Below are positions 55,051-55,439 of a stretch of DNA of 55,439 nucleotides, piece by piece; the stretch's first letter is position 1; every line of letters begins with the position of its first letter. The stretch lies in assembly GCA_023140175.1 (NCBI GenBank), contig JAGLMD010000059.1, positions 1-55,439 of the forward strand, in the 5' to 3' direction. The notes below the pieces were generated by a model. It ran no database searches, was not told the origin of the DNA, and worked only from the letters and a program-made list of their open reading frames with translations. This DNA is from Nanobdellota archaeon (GTDB lineage Archaea > Nanobdellota > Nanobdellia > Woesearchaeales > WJIZ01). Both the position numbers and the translations under genes were made by a program.

Positions 55051-55439
55051 TTAATTAAAAATCTCTAATTGCATTGCTTTTATCAGTTTCTTTTGAGATT
55101 CGGTAAGTTCATTTATATGCCTTATTGCTTCTTTTCCCCCAGCAACTTTAGTATAATAACAGGTGATTTCCTCCAGTTCTTCAAGTGATTGTTGAGTTGT
55201 TATCTGATGTTTTGTTTCACTTAACCTATTTCTTAATATTTGGTATAACTGTAGGGCCATAATACATGTGTAAACATGACTTTCTATCCTCTCATCCTTA
55301 GAATGCAGCATTGGACCAAGCACTATAAATCTATTTGTATATGCATTTGCTTTTAAGAACTGAAAGTTCTTTTCGATTTTATCTTTATTAAAAAATAATT
55401 CCAAAATATCTTGAGGTAATAAGCCTAATCTGTTTGTAA
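55051..55439 (-). mobile_element. 3' part of a DDE transposase gene (IS4/IS1634-like), truncated by the window edge
   Basis: The reading frame stays open to position 55439. It has the C-terminal YREK-like motif FFNKDKIEKNFQFLK (Y..R..IE..F..LK pattern), followed by LHSKDERIESHVYTCIMALQL, typical of IS4-type C-termini. Confidence 0.55.

Noticed and set aside
1-55439. I checked the window for a CRISPR array or other regularly spaced direct repeats.
   Set aside because: No series of 25-40 bp direct repeats with similar-length spacers is visible anywhere. The apparent repetitiveness comes from AT-rich low-complexity sequence and K/E-codon runs.

Overview
This is an AT-rich archaeal genome fragment. 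The archaeal call rests on eL/eS ribosomal proteins, aIF1/SUI1, an AEP primase and TATA-like promoters about 25 nt upstream of starts. A fused PriS-PriL primase, the absence of adk, cmk and Rpp29 from the ribosomal supercluster, and K/E-rich ribosomal-protein tails suggest a reduced, DPANN-like lineage (inference). (1) Positions 1-15.3 kb, minus strand, hold the conserved L3-to-L14e ribosomal protein / SecY / YidC-like supercluster. (2) Positions 15.5-17.2 kb hold the fused DNA primase and a stand-alone 5S rRNA. (3) Positions 17.2-55 kb hold a roughly 38 kb surface-glycan island. It contains an RHH-nucleotidyltransferase-like putative regulator and a complete Glc-1-P to UDP-Glc to UDP-GlcA to UDP-Xyl pathway. 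It also has two GT4 and two GT2 (polyprenyl-P-sugar synthase-like) enzymes, a flippase-like protein, three GT-C-like polytopic proteins, at least six SAM methyltransferases, two B12-binding radical SAM enzymes and an SDR epimerase/dehydratase with a Cys4 insertion. Two separate modules each pair a LicC-like nucleotidyltransferase with a CDP-alcohol phosphatidyltransferase. The most interesting candidate is a coupled operon at 51.2-55.0 kb. It encodes a cytidylyltransferase fused to a Cj1418/rifampicin-phosphotransferase-type small-molecule kinase, followed by a class-I amidotransferase/C26 hydrolase. This mirrors the Campylobacter phosphoramidate (MeOPN) donor pathway. The second candidate, at 23.2-28.6 kb, is a phosphoglycerate-centred module: a bacterial-type GAPDH-HAD fusion, MOFRL glycerate kinase, PGM-like histidine phosphatase, nucleotidyltransferase and CDP-alcohol transferase. 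The island ends at a partial DDE transposase at the window edge. I saw no CRISPR array and no tRNA.
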